This document shows positions 24,559-37,721 of a stretch of 64,000 bases of DNA, in pieces. The stretch comes from Felis catus (lineage: Eukaryota). The stretch's first letter is position 1. The number at the start of each line of letters is the position of its first letter. The notes below the pieces were generated by a model, which ran no database searches, had not been told where the DNA came from, and worked only from the letters and a program-made list of their open reading frames with translations. Both the position numbers and the translations under genes were made by a program. The stretch is taken from the NCBI RefSeq assembly GCF_018350175.1, contig NC_058383.1, positions 30,196,001 through 30,260,000 on the forward strand, given 5' to 3'.

Positions 24559-24651
24559 CATTTATTTATTTTTTTAATTTTTATTTTTTTAACATAATTT
24601 ATTGTCAAATTGGTTTCCATACAACACCCAGTGCTCATCCCAACAAATGTA
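24559..24651 (-). mobile_element. Very short antisense L1 3' terminal fragment with T-rich tail
   Basis: tttattgtcaaattggtttccatacaacacccagtgctcatccca is the reverse complement of the L1 3' end seen at 972-1017. TSD aaaaacattt at 24549-24558 and 24652-24661. Confidence 0.9.
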
Positions 24652-25543
24652 AAAAACATTTAAAAAAACATAAAATAAAATAAAAAAATGAAATAAATTA
24701 AAAAAAAAAAGAACTGGTAAAAGAGGTCAAACATGGAGTAGGGGGATATTCAGATATATCCAGAAATTCCAAATTTGCTTAGTAAATGTGCCAGAAAGAA
24801 TGAAAGAGAGGAAACTGTCAAATAACTAATAAAGGAAAACCTTCCTGAGCTGTAGAAAAGACTGACCAGGTAACCACCCAGGATATCTTGATTATTCAAC
24901 AAATTTGTATGGACCACCTATGTGTCCAGCACTATTCTGAATGCAGTGATAAGGAAGACAGACATCACATCTAAAGGTATCCTGATGAAGTTATCTGAAT
25001 TCCAGACATTAAAACAAAGTGCCAAATTCTTCTGCTGTTGGTTATGATAGAATAGCTGGGGCTGGGCCCGTCTTCTCACTGTAAACAATTGTAAAACTAG
25101 ACAAAATCTGTAAGCTAATGGATTTTCAGACAGTGGAAAACAGGCAGCACAAGACTCTAATACCTGAGAGAAGGGACATCCCTGGTAAGCCCCATGATCA
25201 CATAGCTCTCCGTCTATGGAAAATTCTCCCAGTGTGACACAGAGAACTAAAGTATAAGAAGAGAACAACAGTTCTGCTAACTTGAGGATGCATCAGGCAG
25301 AGTTCTGGACATCTGAAATGAAGCTGCAGGGAATCTGTCTAGTGAATGAATTGATGACATAATAAAGTCATTAGTGTTTGATGAAGGCATCAAAGAAACG
25401 GAAAATGCGTGGAGAGGGAACCCTGGAAGTCTATGCAGGGAGTCCCTTGCAAGTCCATAGATGAGAGCTAGGTTGTCCATTCTCAAAGTGAGCCCTCCCA
25501 AGGCTTACCAGACAGAAGCTACCATGGATTGAAAATGGAATGA

Positions 25544-25769
25544 GGGGTGCCTGGGTGGCTCAGTAGGTTAAGCCTCTGACTTCAGATCAGGTCATGATCT
25601 CGCGGTTCGTGAGTTTGAGTCCCACGTCAGGCTCTGTGCTGACAGCTCAGAGCCTGGAGCCTACTTCAGATTCTGGGTCTCCCTCTCTCTCTCTGCCCCT
25701 CCTCTGCTCGCACTCTGTCATGTTTCCTCTCTCTCAAATATAAATAAACATTAAAAAAATTTTAAAAAA
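25544..25769 (+). mobile_element. Can-SINE (SINEC_Fc-like) with 13-bp TSD
   Basis: Full-length element. TSD GAAAATGGAATGA at 25531-25543 and 25770-25782. Confidence 0.96.
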
Positions 25770-28700
25770 GAAAATGGAATGAAACACCATAGGTCAGCTG
25801 AGAAGAAGAGTGCCAAGAGATGGTCCGTTCTGGCCCTAGAGTGGAGGGATCTTCTTAACACATCCTTAACACATCTGAAATCCAGCTGACACATAAAAAT
25901 GTTCGTCATGTTAGGATAAAGAAACACCCTAGAGTGAGACCTACTCCTAGCTTGCCTTAATGAAGCCTAGAAACAAGCCCCAGTAAGACCTGCACGGGAC
26001 AAAGAATGTAGAGGTTGAAGTCAGCACAGTTAGAGAGGTTTGATAAACATAGATTTGCACTGGCAAAATGTAATATTAAAAGTTCACAAGTTCATGGTGA
26101 TCAGCCAGGAGTTGAAGAATCAACATTCTTCAGAAAAGCATAATCTAAAGTCTCCATAATATTATCTATCACATCTAGTATTCAATCAAAAAACCCCACA
26201 ACACTAGCAATACAAAGAAATGGGAAAGAGTGATCCATAGGTAGGAAAAATAAAGTTGTCACTATAAACCAATCCCAAACTGGTCCAAATGTGAGGCTAG
26301 GCAGACAAAGATTCTCATGCAGCTGTTACAAATATGTGCAAATAATTAAAGGAAAGACTTAAAGGCAAATAACGTCTTCATGAGTAAATAGATAGAAAAT
26401 CTCAACAATTAAATGGAATTATAAGAAGGAACCAAATGAAAGGGCTAGAAATTAGAAGCAAAACAATTAAAATATGATACCTGGAATTTAAAAATTCCTC
26501 CATAAGTAAAAGTCAGTGAATTTGAAGACAGGTAATTGGAAGTTATCAACTCTAAAGAACAAAGGACAAAAAAAGACTTAAGAAAGATGAACAGAACCAC
26601 AAGGTCCTATGAGACAATATCAAATGATCTGACATGTGTATTAAGTCCCCCAAAGGGAAAAGGGAAAAGGGTGAGATTGGAGATTAAGTATGGAATTAAT
26701 GACCTAATATTGCACTGAGGGGAAAAAAAGAGCAAAGTGAGTAAAAGGAAAGGAAATAAACAGCAGGAATCAATGAAGTTGATGAAAGAAAAAAAATTAA
26801 TAAACCCCAAAGTTTGCTTCTTTAAAAATACCAACAAAACTGATAAAGCCCTAAGCAAAGTGATCAAGAAAAATAGGAAATCATGCACACTTAAAAATCA
26901 GGAATGAAAAGAGGTTGTTAGCTCCACAGAAAAATAGAGGCATGAGAAGGAGAAGAGGAGAATATTAGAAAAGAAATTGAACTTGTCAAAAACTTTCCCA
27001 CAAAGAATATTTGAAGTCCAGGTGATTTTGGTGGATTCTATCAAACATTTGTGGAAGAACTCACACCAAACTTACACAAGCTCTTTTAAAAAATAGAGAA
27101 AGAGGAGGCACCTCTCAATATGTTTGTGCAGCCAGAGAAATGCAGATATTGAAACTGGCCAAAGTCATTCCAAAAATGAATAAAATAACAGATTAAAATC
27201 ACTCCTCCACATAGACATGGATATCCTTGGAAGATTGCTAAATCAAATTTATATATATGACAGCATATTATGATCACAAAACTTAATAAGAACCTGTTGA
27301 AATAGTGAAGAGAAGGGGGAAACATTTATATAAAAGAAATCAGATTATATCGACTGATCTATTAGAACCATAGAGTAATGTCTTAAGTTCTGATAAAATG
27401 ACTTTGAACTTTTATTTCTGCATCAGGCAAAACTGTATATGCAGTGAGATCTCAATCATGTAAAAATATGCACAAACAGTATCTGAAAAGAAATGTGTGT
27501 CGAACACCTAACCAGTCACAATATTAAGGGCTTTAGAAATATTATCACACTTGATCCCCACACCAGCCCTGTGGTAAAGGCTGGTAAAGACTGGAGCTGA
27601 ACTCCAATCTATGCCTTCTTAATAGATATTTGACTGCATGCCTTATTGTCACATGTGAGGAATTTACACTTGACACTGAATGACAGATATCCCAGCTGCA
27701 TCAAATAACCATTGCCTCGACTCAAAGTGGACCCAATGACTAGCACCCTGGGCCACACTTTGAGGGAAGCTTGGCAATCTGTGCTAGACTGAGGACAGCT
27801 GACCGAATTTCCACCAATGGTTGACATTTTTCTGCTGTAGGGAATGAGTGAGACTTCCCTGAAACCTGTTGGATTCCACTGGGTTTCCTCCAAAGAGATG
27901 GCTATCAACGTTCAGTGGCTTCTCTAGCTTCAAGGCAACATGAATGACTTTTTCAAGCATTCGGATCCCACAAAGAGTCAGCATGTCATGGAATTCAGGC
28001 CACTTGTCATATTCGGGGACTCTCTCCTCCCTCCTCCTTTCAGGGTCAGCCAGCAGTGATTTGACTCCCTTCCGTCTGCCCACATTACCTCTACAACGGG
28101 AAATCAACAACCACTTCCATGCACAGCTTCTAGAGGCTGGAATCATCAATTAAAATTTAAGATAAAACCACTTACAGGCCTTTGCACTTGAAACTATAAG
28201 AGTAGGTAACTTCTTCAAGGCATTTCAATTGATGAACAAGGAAAAGAAAATTCTTTTTCAAGAGGATATTATCAGTGTAAAGTATATTTTATGAGCATAT
28301 ATATAAGCAATTAAACTGTACAAGCTGACATCAAAGCAGGACAATCTTGTTGTGTCTAACAATTGGAAATTTATCCAGAGCATCAAAATGGACTCACGTG
28401 GGGAAATTGTGAGCCAGGATACTGAATCACAAACATCCATGAATGCAAGTCGCAATTCAAAATGATGGCCTATCTTCCCCTTCATCAGATGCCCCAACAT
28501 CTCTGGAATGGCCCAAAAACTGATGGGAGAAAAATACATTTTTATGTTTTGGTTTTATGAGGCTTCAAATAAGAAGTTAGCAAGCTAATGGCATGTGTTA
28601 TATATTTTTGTCTAGCCAAATCTGTTACTTTTGCCTAGGTGAGAAAACTAAGATAGCTTTCGCAAAGTCACTAAATTGACTTTCTCAAGGTCACACAGCA

Positions 28701-29934
28701 AGTGACTCATTCCTATAAACAGTCTCACTGGAAGAGCCTAGATTCACTTTCAACATTGGTATTTTCAGTTCCAGCCCACTCAAAACTGATGCTCTGAATG
28801 ATGGGCACTGAGACCGCCAGATGCGCAAGTGCTTTCTGATTTCAGAGACAAAGATGCCCATGGACATCAGATGCCCAATGGATAACAGTCCTGTAGTATC
28901 TTAATCTTCTGAGGCTTGGGGGAGAGAATGAGAATTCACTGAGCCTCTACCTTGTGCCTGGCCCTGGGGCCTCTTTGTATAAATAATCTTGTTGAGTTTT
29001 TCTATCTACCTTTTAAATAAGCATTCCCATGTAACATACCAATAAAAACCCTATGAGTCAAACAACTTGCCCAGGGTCACATAGCTGCTCAATAGCACCC
29101 CTGAGATTTCACAATGCTTCCATCAGGCCATGCCATGGAGATGTCTTACCAGTAGCCTGAGATCTCTTTGCACTGTCATGAGAAAGCTACATCTTTGGGA
29201 ACTGGGTTCTTAATAATACTTCTGTAGACTGTTTTTGCAGCTGATGATGGCTGAGTTGGTGTGATGTAGTGAAAAGTACCAATTCTGATAGCAGGCAACT
29301 GGGGACATGGCCAAATCACCATCACTTCTCTGATTCCATGGCTGTCCCAGAAAACAAGACAGAAAGCAGTAGGTTTGGTTTTCCGGACGGTTTAAAATCC
29401 CGAAGAAAAACAGAGTGAGAGAGAGAAGGGGAGAGAATATCACCGAGTCAATCTGGGAAGTCTTCAGTAGTGACAAAGGTAAGAAGTGATCCTAAGGGCT
29501 GTGGAGAAAATGAAAATCCCATGATACACGCACAATTCTAGTGTAAACAATGAGACGAGAGTAGATCCTAGGGAAGAAGAAAGACACTATGCTTTGCCCA
29601 ATACAGAAGAAAAGAAGGGCTAATACTTATTGTACATCTTCCATGTGCCAATCTGTTTATTTTTATTCTTATTTTTCTAGGAAATCTTAGAGTCCTTACC
29701 TACTAGATTGGCCAAAAAAAATCTGGTAGCCCTCTCATGGGTCTCCCCACCAATTTCACATACAGCAGAAGAAACTAAAGCTTAATGCAATCGACATGTG
29801 GTACAGGAAGGAGAGTGAAGGGAGTAAGATCCTTATTCAGCCTCTACACTCAAGCAGGAAAGGAAAATCCATGGCTTTTAAACAGTCCACAACCATCATT
29901 GCTTCTTCTTGCAATGCTTCTTCTCACTGAATTG

Positions 29935-30375
29935 CTTTTAAAGACAATTTTATGGAGGTACGGTTTACATATCATGAAATTCATCCTTTACAATTACACA
30001 CTTTGATGATTCTTAGTAATGTTACCCAAGTGGTGCAGCTATCATCAGAAATCAGTTTGGGAGCACTTTCATATGCACACACAAATACACACCCCTCCTA
30101 AGACCCTCCCCCCATGCCCATTTGAAGGTAATCGCTATTCCTACCTCCAGCCCCAGGCAACCACTAATGTACTCTCCTTTCTATCTTTTCTGAACATGTC
30201 ATATAAATAGAACTGCACAATCTGGTGTCTCTGTGTCTGCTTTTCTTTCTCATTTCACATCATGTATTTGAGGCTCATCCATGATGCAGTAGGTGTCAGT
30301 AGTTCACTCCTTTGTGCCACTGAAAAGTACCCCATTGTACAGACAGACCACATTTTTGTATCTATTTGCCAGTGT
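29935..30375 (-). mobile_element. Old L1M (L1MB/MC-like) 3' end
   Basis: tttatggaggta..tttacatatcatgaaattca..ccagccccaggcaaccactaat..tcatataaatagaa..ttgaggctcatccatg. Confidence 0.72.
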
Positions 30376-30664
30376 CCACACAGATTTGCACACAGATGTT
30401 CACAGCAACACTATTCAGGACAGTCCCAAACTGAAACAACCCACATGCTTTTTAAAGTTGGTCTACACCTGTGGTTCTCAAGCCTGGCTACACATGGTGA
30501 TTTTGACTGAGTGGGCCTGTGGTAGAGCTCACAACAACTGTTTGTTTTCAGAGTTTTCCAGGTGATTCTACAGGCCAAGAGAATCACTGTATTACAGAAT
30601 CTAACAGAGAATGTTTGTCCTCTCTGTCTACGTTGCCACTGCAGTTCCTAGATCACCAGTACGG

Positions 30665-30864
30665 TTTTTTGTTTGTTTGTTTGTTTGTTTGTTTGTTTGT
30701 TTTGAGGGGAGAGGGGCAGAGAGGAAGGGAGAGAGAATCCCAAGTAGGCTCTGAGCTGTCAGTGCAAAGCCCAATGGGGGACTCAATCCCACAAATTGTG
30801 ACATCATGACCTGAGCTGAAATTGAGAGTCAGATACCCAACCAACTGAGCCATCCAGGCATCCC
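30665..30864 (-). mobile_element. Can-SINE with (TTTG)n tail
   Basis: gagagaatcccaagtaggctctgagctgtcagtgca..atcatgacctgagctgaaattgagagtc..ccaactgagccatccaggcatccc. Confidence 0.92.
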
Positions 30865-30872
30865 ACGACTAT

Positions 30873-30905
<33 letters not shown>

Positions 30906-33419
30906 CTCATTCCTTGTGATTAAGCTTGGCCAAGGATGTCCAAACATGAACTCTATTACAAAGCATTTCATTTGACTGTCAGACTTAGGACATATCCCTG
31001 TTACCAACAAAACCACACAGTCCCATCAATTTCCCATCTCAGGGTCTGAGATCAGTGGTCAGTTCACTCTCTCTTAAACCCTGAGAATGGATCCAAATGC
31101 CTTATATACATCCCTTTTCCAAGAGAATGAGACCATATGATCTACTTCCCCACTGAGGCTCCAGAACCACCACCTCCCTCCTCCTCCTTCCTCTTCCTCC
31201 TTTCTTCTTCTCCTTCTCCTCCTCCTTCTTCTTTCTCTCTCTCTCTCTCTGATGCTACTTCCAGTGACTCAAAACTGATGTCCTCTCTAAGGAAGGCTCC
31301 AGGTGATTCCAAGGTGCCAACTACCCATGCTTCTAATTAGAGACTACTTTTATGACTCCAAGGTGCTCTGTCGTTACTGATTTCTGTTTACTGTACATAT
31401 TTCTTGGTTAATGAGACAGAGAAAAAAATACATTCAATGACTTCTGTGTCACAACCTTTGTAACATGCAAGTATATTATCCTGATTTTCAGACACTGATT
31501 CCCAGCTAGGTTAATTGGCTAAGGTCGTACAGCTGATAATTGCAGATCAACACTTCAACTCAAGTCTTCTTGACTCCAACGCCTGTGTCACTTTCTAACT
31601 TCCTACTACAATTTGCTGGCTTCTCTCTACCTTGCATCTTTGCAGAACAAGGATTTCCACATTCCCTTTAAAATGCAATTTAACTGTAAATACATTCTTG
31701 CAAAGCTCATTCTATCTCCCTCATTTTCTCCTTTCCTTCCTCAGCCTCCTAAGAGAAAGTCATTAGGAAGGTACATTCTGTTTCTAAGTCTGCTTTGCCT
31801 TGTATAAAAGGTCTCTTTCCAAAAACATGATGGAGGTGCCCTGGAGAAATGTGATGGTGTCCTCACACCCCCCTGTTAAGTCTGTACAATCCTATACAGT
31901 GAGGAACACATCAGTCCAATGCTATAAAGTCCTACTCCTTGGCTCAGCCTGCAGACCCACACCATCAGGGGAAATGTAAATGAAAGGCAAACTATTTTTC
32001 AACAAATAAACAGTTGGATTTTGTTGGAGTCTGGTGAATAAGGCCTTATCAGAGCCCAGCAAACACTTCCTCCCAATGTGGCTGGTTTTAAATTTTCTGT
32101 GGCAGGTAGAGTGACGATAATTGGGTCAGCCTCTCAGGGCCTGGTTCCAATGCCCTTGCATCCAACTATACCTAACTTTTGACAAATGTCAGCCTTGTTA
32201 TTGGAGAGGGGAGAGCCTTCTAGAGGTGAAGTCTCATCAGGTCTATGGTGACTGAAGGGGCATGGGATTTGGTTACCTGGACCTAGGATCAAATCCTAGA
32301 TTCCCCTCTTTACAAGGTACATGGCTTTGGAACCCAGAAAGCGTCACAGATTCTGACCTACATCTACAGATTTACTTCAACTATAGCCTCCTTTATTCCA
32401 TCTCTTCCTCTATTTTGCCTCAAATATATTATCCCCCAGGACCTCTGTAATACTGGTTCCTCTGCCTAAAACATGCACAGAACTTTATAGCTGAAAGGGG
32501 CCATATTGCTTACCTTGCTTATATTATAGATGAGGAAACTGAGGTACAGAGAAGTGATGGATGTAACTGGTATTATGAGTCTAGTTGGGGTCTTAATAGG
32601 TTTTCAGCAAATACCTGCTGAATGTATTACAAAGCTAGCAATGGTAGTTCCTGCAAGAATTCTTATTTATTTAGGCTGCTTGTTGATTTTTTTTTAATCA
32701 AAGAGATCCCAAGATTGATTTGAAGACACTTTAGCTCAACAGGAAGGAAACATCATAAGGAAGTGTGCCCACCATAGAAAAGGGGAAAACATGCCAAAAA
32801 TGAGGATGGAAACAGGACCATTAACAGCATGGAAGATAGTATCTTCACTTTCTCATATACATGGAGAACATTATGTGCCACTGAGCATCTTGCAAAGCCT
32901 GACTATTAAAAAGATAACTCTTTATTGAGCATAAGGAAAGTCTTATTCATCTCAACATCCCTAACATCGCTATGAACCTCTGCCCCCACTCTCACCAAAC
33001 CATCCATCCGAGAGGAACAAGGGGTGGCAGACGGGGTTCCTGAAGCCCCCCGTGTGCATTTATGCAGCATCTGCCTGCACCCTGTGGCCCCCAAATCCTT
33101 TTGCCTTTTTTTCCTCTCTGCTGATGCTTTCCTGGTGAAATCCCTTGACCAGGAATCCTTTGAGGCACAGGAATATCTATCCCACCACTTGGAGCAACAG
33201 TGCCAGGTGCTAAATCAGGAAAGACTGAGAAACAAGAAAAGCACCCCCAGTCAATGTACCAAATACCCAGCCAAATTCTCACAACCACCCTGCAGGGGCC
33301 CATTAGTTCAATTTTACAGACAAGGAAGCAGGAGGAGAAATGCAAGCAGCATTCCCTGGGGCTCAGAGAAGAGAAGCCAGAACAAACCCAGGTTGGTCTG
33401 ACTCATTACTAATGGTTTA

Positions 33420-34730
33420 TAATAACGCGACCAATGGACTCCATCAGCTACTTAACCATTCCTCCTCTTGTTATGCATTTAGATCGCATTCTCCTTTTCA
33501 CCACTGTAAACAACACTGCAATGAAGTTTGTTTTCTTGTTTTTGTTTTGTTTTTTTTAACACAAAAACTTTGGCTTCATTTAGGATTGCCCCTTGGAGGT
33601 AGAATTGTTGAATTAAGAAGCATGGATACTTTTAAGGATCTTGATGCACACTGCCAAATTGCCTTCGAAAAGGGCTGTACAAGCTCACATCGCCTCCAGA
33701 GGTGCATGAGAAGTATCAATTTTACCACACCCCCATCAGTTTGGGTATTCTTGTTTTTTTGCAAATATTACACATTTGTTGGCTGCAAATAGCATCTCCA
33801 TTTTTCATTTGCATTTCTGTGATTACTAGTAAGGTTGAACATTTTCACATATGTTTTTAAAGCAGTTTTGTTTCCTCTTTGTGATTTTTATTTTCTGTCT
33901 ATTTTGGCTTTCAGGAGCTAGTGATTTTCATAATGGTTTTATAAGCTCTTTTATGTTAAGAATATCAAGGCTTGGTTTTTCATCTTTGCTTAGAATATTG
34001 TCCTGCTTTGCTCTCTTTCAACATTTTTTAAACCAAAGGTACACATATATGTATATGATATGATATAATGACATAATATATGTTAGATATATATTGGATA
34101 GATATATATTAGATATATATAAGATATACAAAGCTAGAGATTATATATCCCTCTATGTGGGAATACATCCATTAAATATAATAGATTTATTATAACAATA
34201 TATATCTAATATAATCTATTATATATAATGAATATATTATAATATCATTATATATAATATATAATCTATTAGATATAGATATAATATATAAAGTATATAG
34301 ATAATCTATTGGACATAATAAATCTAATATATTATAAGACATTGTTATATATGATATATAAATAATGTATTAGATAGGATAGATACAATATATTATTATA
34401 TTATTTATTTTGAAATATATATCACATGTATAATTAAATCTTTTATTTTGTGATTTTATCCACTCATAGTTCTCCCTCTTTCAGCAACCCAATAAATGTT
34501 TAATTTTATTTTTTTCTGGTGTTTATTTTTACTAAAAATCTAAACTCTTTTACTCTATCTGGAAGGTTTTTTTTTTTCTTTTTTTTCAGTATTAAATCTG
34601 ACGTGAGGATCAACCCAAGCCTTTGCCAAATTGCTAACCAACATTTGTCCCAGCAGCGTGTGCTGAATAATCCCTCAGCTTCCCCATGGCTTGTTATCAT
34701 ATATTAAGGTCTCATTCCTGAGAGTGACTG
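33420..34730 (-). mobile_element. Ancient L1ME-like fragment containing an AT-rich low-complexity expansion
   Basis: gaggtagaattgttgaatt..tgccaaattgcctt..catttgcatttctgtgattactagtaaggttgaacattttcacatatgttt.. is typical antisense L1M. Confidence 0.65.
34045..34440. repeat. Degenerate (TA)n/ATAT-rich low-complexity tract
   Basis: About 400 bp dominated by TATA/ATAG units. Confidence 0.9.
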
Positions 34731-35262
34731 TTTCTCAGCCCTCTCCTCTCTGAGCCATGCCCGGGCCTGAGCAGATGTCTTTCCTCCTCTCTATTCCTCC
34801 CACTACCACCCACTCAGTTCCTCCTCCACCAGAGTCCCCAGAGCTATCCTTGGACTTCCAGCCAAACAGTTTCCCATCTTGAAAGTTCTTTTGCATTTGC
34901 AGTGCCAGCCTACATTCCAGGAGGCTTGGTGCCTGAGTAATTCCAACTGGAAAACGGCAAGAGCCAGTGCCTGTGGGAAGGTTGCTTGTGTGTCAAAACC
35001 TGCCAACAATGACTCCCTCAAAGCTCTCCTTTCTCTCGCCTGGACAAGCCTCAAGGTAGGAACAATCTGTATGGGATTCCCGAGATGCACTGTAGGCTCA
35101 GAGACCTACAGAATGCTCATTCTAGTCCAAGACTGGGGAAAGAACTCACCCCCATAGAAGAGAATGAAATGCTTATCTTCCCAAAGAGGGAAACCATTGA
35201 TAATGTCTGGGGGAAATTAATTGTGAGACAGCAACATGGGCAGATTTAGAAATATAGCACCA

Positions 35263-35429
35263 GGGCGCCTGGGTGGCTCAGTCGGTTGAGCGTCCTACTT
35301 CGGCTCAGGTCATGATCTCATGGTCTGTGAATTCAAGCCCCGCGTTGGGCTCTGTATGGACAGCTCAGAGCCTGGAGCCTGCTTCGCATTCTGTGTCTCC
35401 CCACCCCCCCAACTCTCTCTGCCATTCCC

Positions 35430-35467
<38 letters not shown>

Positions 35468-35547
35468 ACACACACACACTCTCTCTCTCTCTCTCTCTCT
35501 CAAAAAATAAACATTGAAAAAAACATAAAAAATTCTTTAAAAACAAA
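35263..35547 (+). mobile_element. Can-SINE (SINEC_Fc-like) with internal (CA)n(CT)n expansion
   Basis: gggcgcctgggtggctcagtcggttgagcgtcc head. TSD agaa(a/g)tatagcac. Confidence 0.95.
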
Positions 35548-36131
35548 AAGAAGTATAGCACTAACTTTGTGGAAGAAGAGCTAACCCTTAAAAATCTTTG
35601 CCTTTGGGAAGGCATCAAAGACGGGAGATGAGCAGACATGGGGAGAGGGGACCCCTACTTGTCCTTATAAAGCTGATACATTTAACTCTGTGCATGAAGT
35701 TGATTTGCTATAAAAAAAAAAACATATCTGAAAAAGCACCCACTGAACATGACAATGCAAAATAAAACAAACTACGCACCTACTTCTTATCTGGTGTCTG
35801 GTGTGCAGAACTGAACTTTTCTTACATCTTAACAGAAATTCTCAGCATCCAAGCCTGCAGATAGAGATGAATTAGAGTTTAGAAGATTGATTACAGTGTG
35901 AACTGTTGGCCAGAACACTCTGGATGTTGGTAATGATGCTTTTAAAAACAAAATCCCCTAAAGCTGTTTGCTTTTCTTTGATTCTGTTTTGCCTCTTTCC
36001 CTAGAAAGGAGTAGTTTCTATGTCCCACACTAAACTCTCCACTCTTGGAGAGAAGGGACCAGTGTCTCATTGGTTTCCATATCTCAGCATGTATCACATG
36101 ATTTGATGCTCTGTGAATGTTGAATTAATGG

Positions 36132-36296
36132 AGAGGATAGGATAGGACAGGATAGGATAGGATAGGATAGGATAGGATAGGATAGGATAGGATAGGATAG
36201 GATAGGATAGGGTAGGATAGGGTAGGGTAGGGTGGGGTAGGGTAGGGTAGGGTAGGGTAGGGTAGGACAGGACAGGAGAGGACAGGACTAGGACAG
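36132..36296 (+). repeat. Compound pentanucleotide microsatellite (GATAG)n-(GGTAG)n-(GACAG)n
   Basis: Read directly from the sequence. Confidence 0.95.
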
Positions 36297-37010
36297 GAAA
36301 GAATATGATTCCCTTGGGTCTAAGGAAGTCAGTATGTTCACTCACTTTCCTCCATGTGGGAATACATTAAAACCTTCTACGGCAGAGATATTTCTTACCT
36401 TTGCTTAGGATTCTGGCAGTCAGTGTTTTTAGTTTAGGTAACGTTTGTAAAGGACACAGCCCAGGTCTGGCCTGTTTCCTGACCCCATGTCCAGGTCATT
36501 TCTTTCCCCGTATTACTCCTTACTAATAATCTCTCACACCTGTGTCTTAGTTTGGAGTCTTCAGAGAGATTTCACATGGCTGTTTTATGCACTTCCCATG
36601 ACTCTGTCATGAGGGTAATGTTACCTTTCCTAGTCGGAAGACAGGAGATTGAGGCCTGGAGGCTTGTGCAAAGTGCCCTAGCTAATAACTGGTGGAACCA
36701 GAATTCAAACTTAGTCCCTGTGTCTCCAGGTCCAGACAATTTCTGAATGTAACACAGCTGCCACACAGCCTCTTTCGTGGGGTGGAACCATGAGCTGCCA
36801 TGTTTCCAACTGGAGGAAGAGACCGGGGGACTCTGGGCAGCTTTGATACTGAACACCACGGTTGGCTTGTAAGTTGCCCAGAGCTTCTGGGACTAATACT
36901 GGAAAGGCCAGCACTAAAAGTGAGTCCTCTTTTCGCCCAACTTTCATTCTGACTCCTAAACCAGGGCTCACTAGCAACTCAAATCTAAGCTATTAAAAGG
37001 AGGATCTTCA

Positions 37011-37231
37011 GGGGCGCCTGGGTGGCTTAGTCGGTTGAGCGTCCGACTTCAGCTCAGGTCACGATCTCGTGGTCTGTGAGTTCGAGCCCCGCATCAGGCT
37101 CTGGGCTGACAGCTCAGAGCCTGGAGCCTGCTTCTGATTCTGTGTCTCCTTCTCTCTCTGCCCCTCCCCCGTTCATGCTCTGTCTCTCTCTGTCTCAAAA
37201 ATAAATAAACGTTAAAAAAAATTTTTTTTTA
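37011..37231 (+). mobile_element. Young Can-SINE (SINEC_Fc-like) with perfect 16-bp TSD
   Basis: Near-consensus and CpG-rich. TSD AAAAGGAGGATCTTCA at 36995-37010 and 37232-37247. Confidence 0.97.
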
Positions 37232-37721
37232 AAAAGGAGGATCTTCAGAAACCCAGCTTAGGGCTAGAGACAAGAGAGACATTCTGTTAAATAAACTACG
37301 TATAAGAGAGATACTAGGATGGAATGAATCTTTGTAGTACAAAGAATTTTCCTGTATTCAGGTACTTCGTCCCGAAGTCTGTCAACCAAGAGGAATGCTG
37401 CCCCTGGTTTTCTCCATTCTCAAGATTTGAAATAATCCTTCTCTCGCCTCCGCCCCCATTTAGTGCAGAAGGAGACAATGGTGATGACACATGACAGCCC
37501 ACTGGAGGACATACAATGGGGAGGGATAAAGGCACTAAGCCTCAGAACTGTGTAAATAGTTATATTGGTGTTTATAACATTCTGTGGATCAGATTCCACT
37601 CTAAGAAATAGAGAAAAGATACAAATCTTCTTGAAAAGTAAACAGGTACATGCATAAGAGTCTCCCCGCCCCGGCCCCTCCCACCCCACCATTTTATGTA
37701 TCTGGTTGCTTCACGCAATGT

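Larger units (their letters stand above)
23690..27350 (+). mobile_element. Fragmented ancient L1M (ORF1/ORF2 remnants) hosting younger insertions
   Basis: A-rich. 27015-27125 ccaggtgattttggtggattctatcaaacattt..gaagaactcacaccaaacttacacaagctcttt..aaaatagagaaagagg is the degenerate ORF2 motif GFTGEFYQTFKEELTPILHKLFQKIE. 26805-26880 resembles the KSWFFEKINKIDKPLARL region. Confidence 0.7.

Noticed and set aside
6556..35639. Recurrent 'MAQLVE..TSAQVMIS..GSVLTAQSLEPASDSVSPSLS' ORFs suggesting a gene family
   Set aside because: All are translations of Can-SINE copies.
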